Shown: positions 26,651 to 35,668 of the stretch, in pieces
Position numbering within the stretch: the stretch's first letter is position 1
Layout of the letters: the number at the start of each line of letters is the position of its first letter
Sequence record: ON529851.1
Length of the DNA: 64,000 bases
Direction: 5' to 3' (one strand)
Position numbers and translations under genes: made by a program
Notes under the pieces: model-generated
The model's input: the letters and a program-made list of their open reading frames with translations, nothing else
The model's database searches: none
What the model was told of the DNA's origin: nothing

Positions 26651-29374
26651 TCAGCCGAACGAGCCGATCTTGCGGGAGCCGAAGCGGGTCCGGGAACCCT
26701 TCATCCACTGGAGGGCCTGGGTCATGGCGTCCACTTGGTCGTCGTGCGCGCCTTCGGGGAACTGCCCGACTTCCTTGGTGAAGGCGTCCATCCACTCGGC
26801 CTTCTTGGGCAGGAAGACGTCGCCGGCGGTGATCAGCGGGCTGACCTCGTCGAAGCGGAATTCCTTGGACTGGCCCTTGGGGTCGATGCCGACGATGGGG
26901 GCCGGGGCCAGGCGGCGGTGGCTGGTGGTCTGCCCCCGGTTCTGGATGTAGGCGGTGCCCTGGCCCTTGTCTTCGACCAGGATCACATCGACGCCGTCCT
27001 TGACCGCCTGCTGCTCGATCATCTCGATCATGGCGTCGAACTCGACCTTCTTGCGGGTCTGGCGCAACAGGTAATACTGGCGGTCGTTGGTCTCGCCCCA
27101 GGTCTGCACGACCGTGTAGTCGGCCCGCTGGTTGACCTTGGCGGCGCAGTCGACCGACAGGACGATGCGGCGGAAGTGGGCGCGCTTGTTCGGGATCGCC
27201 TTGCCGTGCTCATCGACATGGCCCTCGGCGCGTTGCTGCTTCAGCGCCTCCTCGGTCAGGTGCGGGGGCCGCTCGTAATACTGGAAGCGGCCGGCGATCG
27301 AGTCGTCGGAGGTCGCGGTGGCGTTCTGCTGGTAGACCAGGGCGAAACGCTGGTAGGACCATTCCGTCTTCTTCGTCTTGAAGAACGACAGGTCGTAATA
27401 GTCCCACAGCACGTCGCCCAGCTTGCGCCCGAGCACGTCGGTGTCCTCGTCGATGCACAGGGCCGGGGCCTCGACCTGGGTCCACTGGGCGTAGGCCGGC
27501 AGACGCGGGTTCATCTCCATCAGGTGGCCCGTCAGGTCGTGCTCGTGGAAGCGCGTCATGATCAGGAACATCTTGCCGAAGGGCAGCATCCGCGAACCGA
27601 TGTCGCCGACGAACCAGGTGTTGACCTTCTCGCGGGCGGCGGCCGATTCCGCCTCCTCGATCTTGGCGTAGGGGTCATCGACGCAGGCGAAGTTGGCGCG
27701 GAAGCCGTGAACGGCCTGCCCGGTGCCCTTGGCGACATACTGCCCGCCGTAGCCGGCGATGGCCCATTGGTCGGCGGCGCGCGTGGCGTAGTCGACCACC
27801 ACCTCGGGGAAGACGCGACGGAACTCCTGACCGCCGACCAGGGAGCGAATCTTCTTGGAGAACTCGTTCTCGACGAAGCGCTGGCTGTGGCCGCCGCCGA
27901 TGATCTTCAGCTTGGGATTGCGGCCCAGGCGCCAGGCGACGAACAGGCGCGAGGCGTAGGTCGAGTTGTGCACCACCACGCCGTCGGCGGTGAAGGTGTG
28001 ATCGCCGAACACGGTCAGGCAGCGGCACTCGCCGACGCCGGCGGCCTCGACCATCGCCACCTTGTCCGTCACCTTCGAGCCGTAGGGCAGGCGCTTGGCG
28101 ATGAAGTCCGGTTCGTGGCGGCCGTGGAAACTGATCCCGGCGTCGAGCAGGCGTTCGATCGCCGGCCCGCGCACCACCAGGGCCGCGCGGCGGTTCGCCT
28201 GCGGATGCTCGACCACGGCGTCGACGTCGTAACGGGCCAGCAGCTTTTGCAGGTCCTGGGCGAAGTCGGCCGACTTGATCCAGGCGATCAGGGTGGCCTG
28301 GCTGTATTTCTTCGGCGTCTCGCCGCGCAGGCGGAAGTAGGTCGTCAGGAAGTGCTTGATCTTCTCGTCGTCGCCCCGGAACACGAACTCGGGCACGCGG
28401 CGCTCGCCGGCGCGCTTGGTCATACCGAGTAGTTCCTGGTAGGGCCGGGTCGTTTTCGAGCGCAGCCGGATCAGGTGGCGCTTGTTCGCCGGCACCCAGC
28501 GACGGGCGTAGCGGATGCCCAGGGCGTCCAGCACCCGCTCGGCCTCCTCGACATGGGCCAGGGAGGAGAACCACATCTGGAGGTTCTGGTAGGGGGTGCC
28601 GTTCGGCGCGGTCGCATCGGTGTAGGAGCCGAAGGCGGCGATGAAGGCGGCGAGGGCAAAGACGTCCTTGGGCTGACCGGACGTGTCCTCGGGTTTTTCC
28701 GGGGTATGGCTGGTCATACCGACCACGCTCAGGTTCATGCGCGGGCGCAGGTTCTGGGCTTCGATCCAGTCGCCGTCGACCAGGAAGGGGTGGTCCGGGG
28801 CCGACCAGATCGTGCGGCCCTTCTCGGTCGTGATCTTCAGCAGCGGCAGTTCGCCCTGAACGTGGACCGCCTCGACCTTGCGGCGGCGGCCGGCGTGGGT
28901 GACGACCTCTTCGCCGACCTCGATCTCGCCCAGGGGCTTGTAGGCGCCCGAGCCCATCAGCACCGGGGTCGAGACGTGCAGCGGCTTGGCGTGACCGGGC
29001 GGGCAGTTCAGGATGAAGCGATCCAGTTCAGGATCGTTCTCGATCTTCTGGAGCAGTTCGGTCAGGTAGATGTGCCACTTGGATTCCGGCGGCTCATCCG
29101 GCGAGACGTATTCGCAGAAGGCGTTGAAGTCGTCGCGCGCCAGCGGCAGCAGCCGCTCCAGGTGGCGCTTTTGCAGTTCGTCGCCCAGGCCCATCAGGGC
29201 GTCGATCTGCTGATTGACCTCCTGGACGCCGGTGATCTTGATGATCCCCTGGCGGGTGTTCTCGGGCAGGATCAGGCCGCGCTCGGCGGCGCGCTTGGCT
29301 TCGGCGGCGAGGTTGTGGAGTTGCTTGGTGGCCTGCCGCGCCTTGATGCGGTCGGCGATGATGTAGTCAGACAT
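26651..29374 (-). CDS. terL: Terminase large subunit with intein
   Basis: Walker A CPPGHAK|ST split by intein; Walker B FACVDDP; MTRFH; nuclease IVLSVDCA...HDDQVDA. Confidence 0.95.
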   Translation of the reverse strand: MSDYIIADRIKARQATKQLHNLAAEAKRAAERGLILPENTRQGIIKITGVQEVNQQIDALMGLGDELQKRHLERLLPLARDDFNAFCEYVSPDEPPESKWHIYLTELLQKIENDPELDRFILNCPPGHAKPLHVSTPVLMGSGAYKPLGEIEVGEEVVTHAGRRRKVEAVHVQGELPLLKITTEKGRTIWSAPDHPFLVDGDWIEAQNLRPRMNLSVVGMTSHTPEKPEDTSGQPKDVFALAAFIAAFGSYTDATAPNGTPYQNLQMWFSSLAHVEEAERVLDALGIRYARRWVPANKRHLIRLRSKTTRPYQELLGMTKRAGERRVPEFVFRGDDEKIKHFLTTYFRLRGETPKKYSQATLIAWIKSADFAQDLQKLLARYDVDAVVEHPQANRRAALVVRGPAIERLLDAGISFHGRHEPDFIAKRLPYGSKVTDKVAMVEAAGVGECRCLTVFGDHTFTADGVVVHNSTYASRLFVAWRLGRNPKLKIIGGGHSQRFVENEFSKKIRSLVGGQEFRRVFPEVVVDYATRAADQWAIAGYGGQYVAKGTGQAVHGFRANFACVDDPYAKIEEAESAAAREKVNTWFVGDIGSRMLPFGKMFLIMTRFHEHDLTGHLMEMNPRLPAYAQWTQVEAPALCIDEDTDVLGRKLGDVLWDYYDLSFFKTKKTEWSYQRFALVYQQNATATSDDSIAGRFQYYERPPHLTEEALKQQRAEGHVDEHGKAIPNKRAHFRRIVLSVDCAAKVNQRADYTVVQTWGETNDRQYYLLRQTRKKVEFDAMIEMIEQQAVKDGVDVILVEDKGQGTAYIQNRGQTTSHRRLAPAPIVGIDPKGQSKEFRFDEVSPLITAGDVFLPKKAEWMDAFTKEVGQFPEGAHDDQVDAMTQALQWMKGSRTRFGSRKIGSFG
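27965..28984 (-). mobile_element. 340-aa intein with degenerate LAGLIDADG domain, Pro1 (class 3-like)
   Basis: Starts PLHVSTPV, block B DHPF, block F CRCLTV, ends VVHN|S; LAAFIAAFGS and FLTTYFRLRG as decayed endonuclease motifs. Confidence 0.9.
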
Positions 29375-29378
29375 GCTG

Positions 29379-29615
29379 TCAGTAGGTCTCGTGGGTGTCG
29401 AGCGCTACGGCCGCCAGCAGGTCGTCGACGTGAAAGATGAGGTCCGCATCGCCGCGTTGGCGCGTCAGGTGACGAATGGTGCGGAGGGTGTTTTCCAGCC
29501 GCAGAATGCGGCGGCGAAGGCGCGAGGCGCGGAGCATCAGCCCCGCCACCCCGATCAGGTAGACCGCGCTCAGGGCGAGCATCGTCCACAGGAACGAAGG
29601 CGGCAGGTCAGGCAT
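29379..29615 (-). CDS. Small single-TM protein
   Basis: N-terminal hydrophobic helix; coupled between terS and terL. Confidence 0.7.
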   Translation of the reverse strand: MPDLPPSFLWTMLALSAVYLIGVAGLMLRASRLRRRILRLENTLRTIRHLTRQRGDADLIFHVDDLLAAVALDTHETY

Positions 29616-30307
29616 CAGGAGAAGTCCGGCTCATCGAAGGCTTCGAGCGGCTCCAGGGCGTCCAGCTTGCCCATCACGTCGGCGGCGCGCGCGTCGTCCA
29701 TCAGGGCGACGTCGGTCTCCGATCCGGTGGTCAGCTTGCGGTCGCTCGGCGCGACCCGTTCGGTCTTCTTGACGTGGCCCTGGATCAGTTCCATCGCCGT
29801 CTCGTGACCGAACTCGCGGCTCAGGTCGGCCTCGGACTTCTCGGCCTGGGGCAGGGCGTTGATGGCGTCGCCCAGCATCACGTCCAGCTTGTCCAGGTCG
29901 AAGGACTGCGGCACGCTCGATCCGGTGTCGTCGCCCTGGCCGCCCGAGAACATGCCCAGGTCCTTGCCGATCAGTTCCAGGGCCGCGTTGGACTCCTTGA
30001 ACTGTCCGTCGGCCGCCGCGTTCTGGGCGTTCTCGGCCAGCTTCTGGATCACGAAGGCGCGGCTGACGCCGGTCATCTGTCCGACGACCTTGGCGGCTTC
30101 GACGGCGGCGAGCCGCTGGGATTCACGCTGGGCCTTCTGTTCCTCGAACAGTTCTTCGATCCGGGCGATGACGTCCGGGTCGGTTTCCAGGTGCTGGGTG
30201 GAGGAGCCGGGCGCATAGCCGGCGGCGAGCGCGGCTTTCGCGGCGTTCATACCCTTGGCGCGGTGGCGCGCGTAGAGTTCGTTGCGTTCGTTGGCGAGTC
30301 TTGCCAC
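29615..30307 (-). CDS. terS: Terminase small subunit-like protein
   Basis: N-terminal ELYARHRAKGMNAAKAALAAGY helix-turn-helix typical of TerS; upstream of terL. Confidence 0.7.
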   Translation of the reverse strand: MARLANERNELYARHRAKGMNAAKAALAAGYAPGSSTQHLETDPDVIARIEELFEEQKAQRESQRLAAVEAAKVVGQMTGVSRAFVIQKLAENAQNAAADGQFKESNAALELIGKDLGMFSGGQGDDTGSSVPQSFDLDKLDVMLGDAINALPQAEKSEADLSREFGHETAMELIQGHVKKTERVAPSDRKLTTGSETDVALMDDARAADVMGKLDALEPLEAFDEPDFS

Positions 30308-30316
30308 TATGGTTTA

Positions 30317-30568
30317 CTACTTCGAAAGGTCAGCCAGCTTTCGGGTCAGCTTGCCAATACGGATGTTGATGTCGAGGAAGGCTTCGTAATAGAAGGTCGC
30401 CTTGTCGCGGTTCTCTTCGATCACTTCATCGGTCACGTCCTGGAACACCAGAGACACGACCGAAGACTGGAATGAGGTGAAGGCGTCGGCCGTCAGTTCC
30501 GCCCGGTCCTGAAGCGCCTTGATCTCCTTACGGAGTCGCTGGCGCTCGGCGCGGGCCGTATCAGGCAT
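30317..30568 (-). CDS. Hypothetical coiled-coil protein
   Basis: Start MPDTARAE after GAGG. Confidence 0.75.
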   Translation of the reverse strand: MPDTARAERQRLRKEIKALQDRAELTADAFTSFQSSVVSLVFQDVTDEVIEENRDKATFYYEAFLDINIRIGKLTRKLADLSK

Positions 30569-31049
30569 CGTCCTCGGCCGCACCGGCGTCGACGAAATCG
30601 ACATCGACGTTGACCCGGACGCCCTGGGCGCCCAGGGCCGCCAGCACCTCGGACAGATTGACGGTCGAGCCGTCATCGTCGGCGTCGTCATCCTCGTCGG
30701 GCGGGACGTGATCGACGCCGCAGCCGATGTCGGAGACCGACAGCATGTCCTCGGGGATGATCGCCTCGACCTCTTCGGGCTCCTGGTTCTCCCACATCTT
30801 GTGGAAGCCCATCGGCACCTTGATCGGGATGCGCACCCGCACCAGCATCATGCCGCGATGGTCGAGCACGCCGACCGGGGTGATGATCGGTTCGCGCGGG
30901 TCGTCCACCAGGTGGTCGGCGGTCCAGGAGATCGAGCCGTCGTCCGAGGGGATCGGCCCGCCGCGCGGCCGTTCGGCCAGGTAGCGCCGCAGCGGCTTGC
31001 CCGAGAACTCGCGCACGGCGGCGCGGATGGCGGTGGTGTAATCGGTCAC
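30561..31049 (-). CDS. Hypothetical protein
   Basis: GTG start overlaps ruvC-like stop. Confidence 0.75.
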   Translation of the reverse strand: MTDYTTAIRAAVREFSGKPLRRYLAERPRGGPIPSDDGSISWTADHLVDDPREPIITPVGVLDHRGMMLVRVRIPIKVPMGFHKMWENQEPEEVEAIIPEDMLSVSDIGCGVDHVPPDEDDDADDDGSTVNLSEVLAALGAQGVRVNVDVDFVDAGAAEDDA

Positions 31050-31558
31050 AGGCTCGGGAACTCTACCAGGGTCAGGGGTTGCGGCGGCGCGGTCCGCAGA
31101 ACTTGCAGCACGGCGTAGAAGGCGATCATCGCCGCCTCGGCCCGGCCGTCGTCCTTGGCGCGCGAGAACAGGTCGTAGGCGCAGGGGAAAACCTGCATGG
31201 CCCGGCGGCGCGCTTCGTTCTTGTCCTTGGGCGTCTTGGTCAGCGTCTTCCACTCTTGCGGGCGCACCTTGGTCAGCATCGCCCGGCTGGCGGAGGCGCC
31301 TTCCAGGATTCCCAGGTTGCGGCCGAAGTTGAACGCCGAGACGACGCCCATCTGCGGGCTGGACCAGACGTCTTCGATGTAGACGTGGTCGGGCGCGGTC
31401 GCGTCGAACAGACGCGCGACGCCGGCCGGCGACACCGCCTCCTTGCCGCCCTTGCCCGGCTCCTTGGGCATGTCGGTGATGGCGACGGTCCAGACCTCGG
31501 TGTCGATCAGGGCCAAGGCCCCGTTCTTGCCGGGGTCGATTCCAATGATGCGGCTCAT
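31046..31558 (-). CDS. ruvC: RuvC-like Holliday junction resolvase
   Basis: IIGIDPG, YIEDV, SAFNFGRNLG, DDGRAEA motifs. Confidence 0.85.
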   Translation of the reverse strand: MSRIIGIDPGKNGALALIDTEVWTVAITDMPKEPGKGGKEAVSPAGVARLFDATAPDHVYIEDVWSSPQMGVVSAFNFGRNLGILEGASASRAMLTKVRPQEWKTLTKTPKDKNEARRRAMQVFPCAYDLFSRAKDDGRAEAAMIAFYAVLQVLRTAPPQPLTLVEFPSL

Positions 31559-32100
31559 GCGGACGCTCGCGGGACCGGGCGCATCAAGTCCTCCAGTTCG
31601 GCCTCCACGCCTTGACGCGTCGTCCGGTCGTAGAAGGAGGCGCGCTGGCCCTTGTAGTCCGCCAGCAGCCGGTCGTAGCGGGCGCGCAGATCGATGAGAG
31701 CCGCGTCCAGTTTGACGTTGCGGTCACGGGCGAGGCGAAGCTGCTCGGTCGCGTCATCGACGAGCGTCGGGTCCTGCGCCGCCAGGCGGGCGGCGGAGCG
31801 GCGAATGATCTCCATCGCGTTGGAGTCGTCGTTGGTCTGGGTGGCGAAGGGCGGATCGTCGCGCAGGTGCGGCCCCAGGGCGAAATCACCGCGCCGGACT
31901 TGGCTCTGCTTGATCATCTGCCAGGCGAGGTCTTCCGCGTAGCGGTGAATGGTCTCGTGAAAGGCCGTCAGGTCGTCCTGGCGCAGGCTCGACAGATCGA
32001 CGCCGTCGGGCATCTCGACCGACACGGTGAACCCCCGGTCATGGGTGGCGATGGTGTAGTGGCTGCCGGGCGTCGAGCAGGGCGTCTTCAGGCGGCTCAC
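31555..32100 (-). CDS. Hypothetical protein
   Basis: Coupled ORF in operon. Confidence 0.75.
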   Translation of the reverse strand: MSRLKTPCSTPGSHYTIATHDRGFTVSVEMPDGVDLSSLRQDDLTAFHETIHRYAEDLAWQMIKQSQVRRGDFALGPHLRDDPPFATQTNDDSNAMEIIRRSAARLAAQDPTLVDDATEQLRLARDRNVKLDAALIDLRARYDRLLADYKGQRASFYDRTTRQGVEAELEDLMRPVPRASA

Positions 32101-32264
32101 AGGCGTTCCGCCTTTTCTTCGAGCGCCGCGATCGCCATCTCCAGGGAGAGGATTTCAGAGTGGCTCATGTGATGTTCGGCGAGGGCGCGTTTCCACGCGT
32201 GGAGTTCCACGATGGCGGCGCGTTTGGCGTCGAGCGACGCCTGGGGGCGGTCGAGGCCGGTCAT
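32097..32264 (-). CDS. Hypothetical 55-aa protein
   Basis: ATGA coupling; MTGLDRPQ...AERL. Confidence 0.6.
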   Translation of the reverse strand: MTGLDRPQASLDAKRAAIVELHAWKRALAEHHMSHSEILSLEMAIAALEEKAERL

Positions 32265-32485
32265 GCGAAGTCCTGCCCGAAGCGCAGGGACAGGCGGTCG
32301 CTCTCGGTGTTGTCGTCCTGCTTCTGCTGCATGCGCAGGAAGGCGGCCTCGAAGGTCAGGCGCTGCATCTCGGCGAGATAGTCGCGCAGGACCTGGGCGT
32401 CGGGCGAGCCGGCGGCGTCCAGCGCCTCGACGTGCTGTTCGATCAGGGTCCGGCCGGCGGAACGGATGGCGGCGCTGTCGGTCAC
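32261..32485 (-). CDS. Hypothetical protein
   Basis: Coupled ORF. Confidence 0.7.
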   Translation of the reverse strand: MTDSAAIRSAGRTLIEQHVEALDAAGSPDAQVLRDYLAEMQRLTFEAAFLRMQQKQDDNTESDRLSLRFGQDFA

Positions 32486-32649
32486 CAGGCGCTCTCCTCG
32501 GCCCGCACCTTGTGGGCGATCTCGGCGTATTCGTCGGTCGGGTCGTAGTCGGCGTCGAACTCGTCGAAGGCCTTGTTGAGCACGCGCAGCGGCGGCGTCA
32601 GCACCTGGACCGGCGAAGGGGCGGGGCGGTTAACCTTAACGGCGGTCAC
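32482..32649 (-). CDS. Hypothetical 55-aa protein
   Basis: GTGA coupling; MTAVKVNRP...ESAW. Confidence 0.55.
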   Translation of the reverse strand: MTAVKVNRPAPSPVQVLTPPLRVLNKAFDEFDADYDPTDEYAEIAHKVRAEESAW

Positions 32650-33221
32650 GCGGCGGTTCCCTTGCGCGCGGGCAGCGTGCTCACGCCGTGCTCGTCGGTG
32701 GTGATGTTGGACACGACCCGTTCGGCCAGGACCCGGCGCGGCTCGCCGGCCTTGACCAGACCCTCGAAGCCCTGCACCAGGGCCGAGGCGTAGCCGTTGT
32801 CCACGGCGATGACGGTGCCGGCGCGCAGCTTGTCGTTGTGATCGGCCCAGACGATCTGATGATGGGACTTGCCGGGGAAGCGGAAGCCGGTGCGCATCGC
32901 CCATTCGGCGGTCTCGATCCGCAGAGAGAAGGCGAGGCTGTCGGTGACGTCGCGCAGCAGCAGGGCCAGGGCCATGTCGGCGGGCCAGGAGAATTCGTTC
33001 TTCAGCACCAGCGCCATGCGGAAGCCGTCCGCGCCCGCCGCACGCAGGGCGGTGGTGACAGCAGCGGTGACCTCGGCGTCGGGCAGCGCCGGGATGCGGG
33101 GCTTGAGCCAGGCCTGGAGGCCGTCGAGGTGGCGACCGATCGCACGGACGACAACGCAGTCAGCAAGGGGATCAGGACGGGCGTCGCCTTCAGGGGGCGT
33201 GCGCAGGAAACCGTGGGCCAT
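32646..33221 (-). CDS. Hypothetical protein, first gene of packaging operon
   Basis: ORF track. Confidence 0.75.
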   Translation of the reverse strand: MAHGFLRTPPEGDARPDPLADCVVVRAIGRHLDGLQAWLKPRIPALPDAEVTAAVTTALRAAGADGFRMALVLKNEFSWPADMALALLLRDVTDSLAFSLRIETAEWAMRTGFRFPGKSHHQIVWADHNDKLRAGTVIAVDNGYASALVQGFEGLVKAGEPRRVLAERVVSNITTDEHGVSTLPARKGTAA

Positions 33222-33270
33222 GAGGCGGGAGAACTCGGCAGACCCCGGAGGTGGGTTCTGTTACGAGGCC

Positions 33271-33301
33271 GATTTCTTACATAATTTCCGCCGTCTGTCA
33301 A
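33271..33301 (-). promoter_or_regulatory. Sigma70-type promoter of packaging operon
   Basis: TTGACA at 33301-33296 then AT-rich -10 region. Confidence 0.55.
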
Positions 33302-33559
33302 GATTTACGGCAGTCAGAGTCAGCCTTAACGGCAATCGACCCTGCAAGCAAGGGGTTTGTCGATCGCGCACGCTGACGACCGGCGAGACCACCGCGAAGG
33401 CGGCGACCAGGGATTTACGAGCCCTGAGGAACAATTCTGAATTGTTGGACTCTGAGGACCAATTACCCTCTCTCCTTACCCCCCATACTGCAAGTTTGGG
33501 ATATTATTAATGAAAGAGAAAGAAAGAGAGGAAGCGACTTTAGCCTCGTCATTCTCTAT

Positions 33560-33850
33560 CATTAAACGTATCCCAAAATGGTAATAGAAGAGATAGGGGG
33601 TAGGGCAGGGCAGTTTAGCCCTTGGTGTTCGTTTCCATTAAACGTATCCCATAATCGTAGTAGTAGTGGTAGGGGGTAGGGCAGGGTCTCTCAGGCTATG
33701 GTGTTCGTTTCCATTAAACGTATCCCATAAACGCTGTAGCAGCGGTAGGGGGTAGGGCCTATGTGTTCGTTTCCTTTAAAACTATCCCAAAATAACGGTG
33801 GATACTGGTGTGTGGTGGGCTTCCATACTTAGCCTTTAAAACTAACCCAA
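33560..33850. repeat. AT-rich iteron-like array (76-bp unit), candidate replication origin
   Basis: CATTAAACGTATCCC at 33560, 33636, 33712, variants 33774, 33834; TAGGGGGTAGGGC at 33594, 33670, 33746. Confidence 0.85.
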
Positions 33851-33940
33851 CATTTCCCTGGTGTATCCAAGGGACCTCCAGGCAGCAAAAAGCCCCAGGC
33901 GGCGAACCTGGGGCCTTGGGTCGGACCACCGTCTGGAGGT

Positions 33941-35137
33941 CTAAGACATGCGCGCTTCCCGGTAGGCTTCGATCTCCGACATGCGCATCGCGTCGGGCGT
34001 TTCCCGGTTCGGCCGCAGCTTCTCCCCTCGGAAGTCGAGCATGAGGACGCCTCGGCTCGCCATCACCGGGTCGATCCCCAGTTCGCGGGCCAGTGTCTCA
34101 TAGAAGCTGACCGGCGCCCAGCAGTGGATGTTGATGCCGCAGCCGATCTCGGGGCTCTCGAACCGGTCCAGCAGGTCCAGCAGCAGCGACAGGCCTTCAC
34201 GGCTGTTGCGCCGATCCTCGCGGAAGTCCGCCACCTGGTCGGTCGTGGCCCCCTGCTCCAGCATGGCGTCGACCTTGGCCTGGGTCTCGCCGGCGAACCA
34301 GTCGTGGGTCTCGCGCTTGATCGCCTGTTGCTGCATCAGGGCGTAGAGGGCGGCGGCGACCTTCGGCTTGCGCACGAAGTCCTCACGCTTGATCCCCATG
34401 GAGCGCCGCGCCGCATTATAGACCGCCCCCACCTGGACGAAGAAGTCGTCACGCGCCGCCGACTGCTTCTTCTCGTTGCCGCCCAGTTCGGCGACGGTCA
34501 TCTTGACCATCAGGCCGCCGAAATAGCCCCGCAGGGTCATCTGGTTCAGTTCGTCCTGGGGCAGGTTGTAGAGGCCGATGCGCAGCAGGTCCTGGCGGAT
34601 CACCTCGCTCTCGCGCAGCAGCTTCTTGATCTGGGCGTAGCCGGTGGTGTCGCGGGGATCGTAGGCGGTGCGCAGCGCGTTGTCTTCGGCGGTGTCGGTG
34701 CCGTAGCGGCGGCGCGTGGCCTGCTTGCGCACCTGGGTGAAGTCCTCGCCGGCCGGGCGCAGCCCGTGGTCGTCCATGATCTCGGCGAAGGTGGCGAAAC
34801 CACCGCGTTTACGGATGGAGTCCAGGATCGACTGCTCGATCTGATCGGCCATGCCCAGCCCCTTGCGGTGGAAACCACCGCTGACGGTGTAAGCGCCGCG
34901 CCGGCCCTCGATCCGCGTGAGCGCGCCGGACTTCCACATGTTGATCAGGGTCTGCGACACCACCTTGCGCCCGGCCGGCGTATCCCATTCCTCGCCGAGG
35001 AACGGCAGCACGTCCAGCGCACCACCGCCCTCCTCCATCCGGCTCAGCGCGTCAGCGATCGCGCGCTTGAAGACGTTCTGGGTCACGGGCTTGCCGTGGA
35101 GGGTCTTTTCGAGGTTGTCGGAGCCGGAGGTGCGCAT
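33941..35137 (-). CDS. Putative DNA-binding protein with winged-helix-like segments
   Basis: Two wHTH-like segments judged by eye; next to iteron array. Confidence 0.6.
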   Translation of the reverse strand: MRTSGSDNLEKTLHGKPVTQNVFKRAIADALSRMEEGGGALDVLPFLGEEWDTPAGRKVVSQTLINMWKSGALTRIEGRRGAYTVSGGFHRKGLGMADQIEQSILDSIRKRGGFATFAEIMDDHGLRPAGEDFTQVRKQATRRRYGTDTAEDNALRTAYDPRDTTGYAQIKKLLRESEVIRQDLLRIGLYNLPQDELNQMTLRGYFGGLMVKMTVAELGGNEKKQSAARDDFFVQVGAVYNAARRSMGIKREDFVRKPKVAAALYALMQQQAIKRETHDWFAGETQAKVDAMLEQGATTDQVADFREDRRNSREGLSLLLDLLDRFESPEIGCGINIHCWAPVSFYETLARELGIDPVMASRGVLMLDFRGEKLRPNRETPDAMRMSEIEAYREARMS

Positions 35138-35162
35138 ATAAATAGCCTCTATGAATCGCCGT

Positions 35163-35192
35163 CATGTTAACCATGCTGACATTCAATGTCAA
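35163..35192 (-). promoter_or_regulatory. Promoter TTGACA-17-TAACAT overlapped by TGACATT-C-AATGTCA palindrome and TTAACCAT
   Basis: Palindrome 35177-35191; TTAACCAT 35167-35174. Confidence 0.75.
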
Positions 35193-35264
35193 GATTATGG
35201 GATATAAATAATGTCGCGTAATGGAAAAATAGGCGAAATGCGCCAGACCACCGCCCGAAACGAC

Positions 35265-35320
35265 ATCACTCGTGCGCTTCGCGCCCTCGTGCCTGCCTCC
35301 GGCAGCCCTCCTTCGGAACT
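35265..35320 (+). repeat. Dispersed two-hairpin element, copy 1
   Basis: ATCACTCGTGCGCTTCGCGCCCTCGTGCCTGCCTCCGGCAG. Confidence 0.85.
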
Positions 35321-35364
35321 CCCTGCGGCCGCTACTGCGTGAACCTGTTTCGGTCCAGACCAGC

Positions 35365-35514
35365 CAAGGCCTGGCACGGCTGGATCGGTTGGATCGGTTG
35401 GATTGGTCCCTGCGGGCTCATTCAGTCAAGGTCGGACAAGGCTTGGCACGGCTGGATCGGCTGCTTCGGGCTCGCTCGGTCAAGACCAGACAAGGCCTGG
35501 CACGGCTGGATCGG
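35365..35514 (+). repeat. 3 x CAAGGCYTGGCACGGCTGGATCGG
   Basis: Copies at 35365, 35437, 35491. Confidence 0.9.
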
Positions 35515-35611
35515 TTCTCCGGTCAACATGGCTGGCCGGCGCCACCGTCTGGTCGGCTTCACAGCATGACAACCTTCGGACCTCCACGACGGGTCGGCCG
35601 AACCGAGTCCA

Positions 35612-35668
35612 GGGCTTCCGGAGGACGGACGGCGAAGCCGGGCACGAGGGGGCGAAGCCCACGAGTGG
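35612..35668 (-). repeat. Dispersed two-hairpin element, inverted copy
   Basis: Reverse complement CACTCGTGGGCTTCGCCCCCTCGTGCCCGGCTTCGCCG...CCTCCGGAA. Confidence 0.85.

Noticed and set aside
26498-28432. 644-aa plus-strand ORF
   Set aside because: Antisense shadow of terL typical of high-GC DNA; no RBS or motifs
33594-33760. G-quadruplex function
   Set aside because: At most three G-tracts per unit, about 60 nt apart; not supportable from sequence alone
33560-33850. CRISPR array (palindromic repeat, minus strand contains ATGGAAAC)
   Set aside because: Inter-repeat sequences are related to each other (shared TAGGGGGTAGGGC), lengths vary and no cas genes are seen; a decayed tandem or iteron array fits better
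35365-35514. CRISPR or anti-CRISPR RNA repeats
   Set aside because: Spacers of 48 and 30 nt share sequence; no resemblance to repeat families I know
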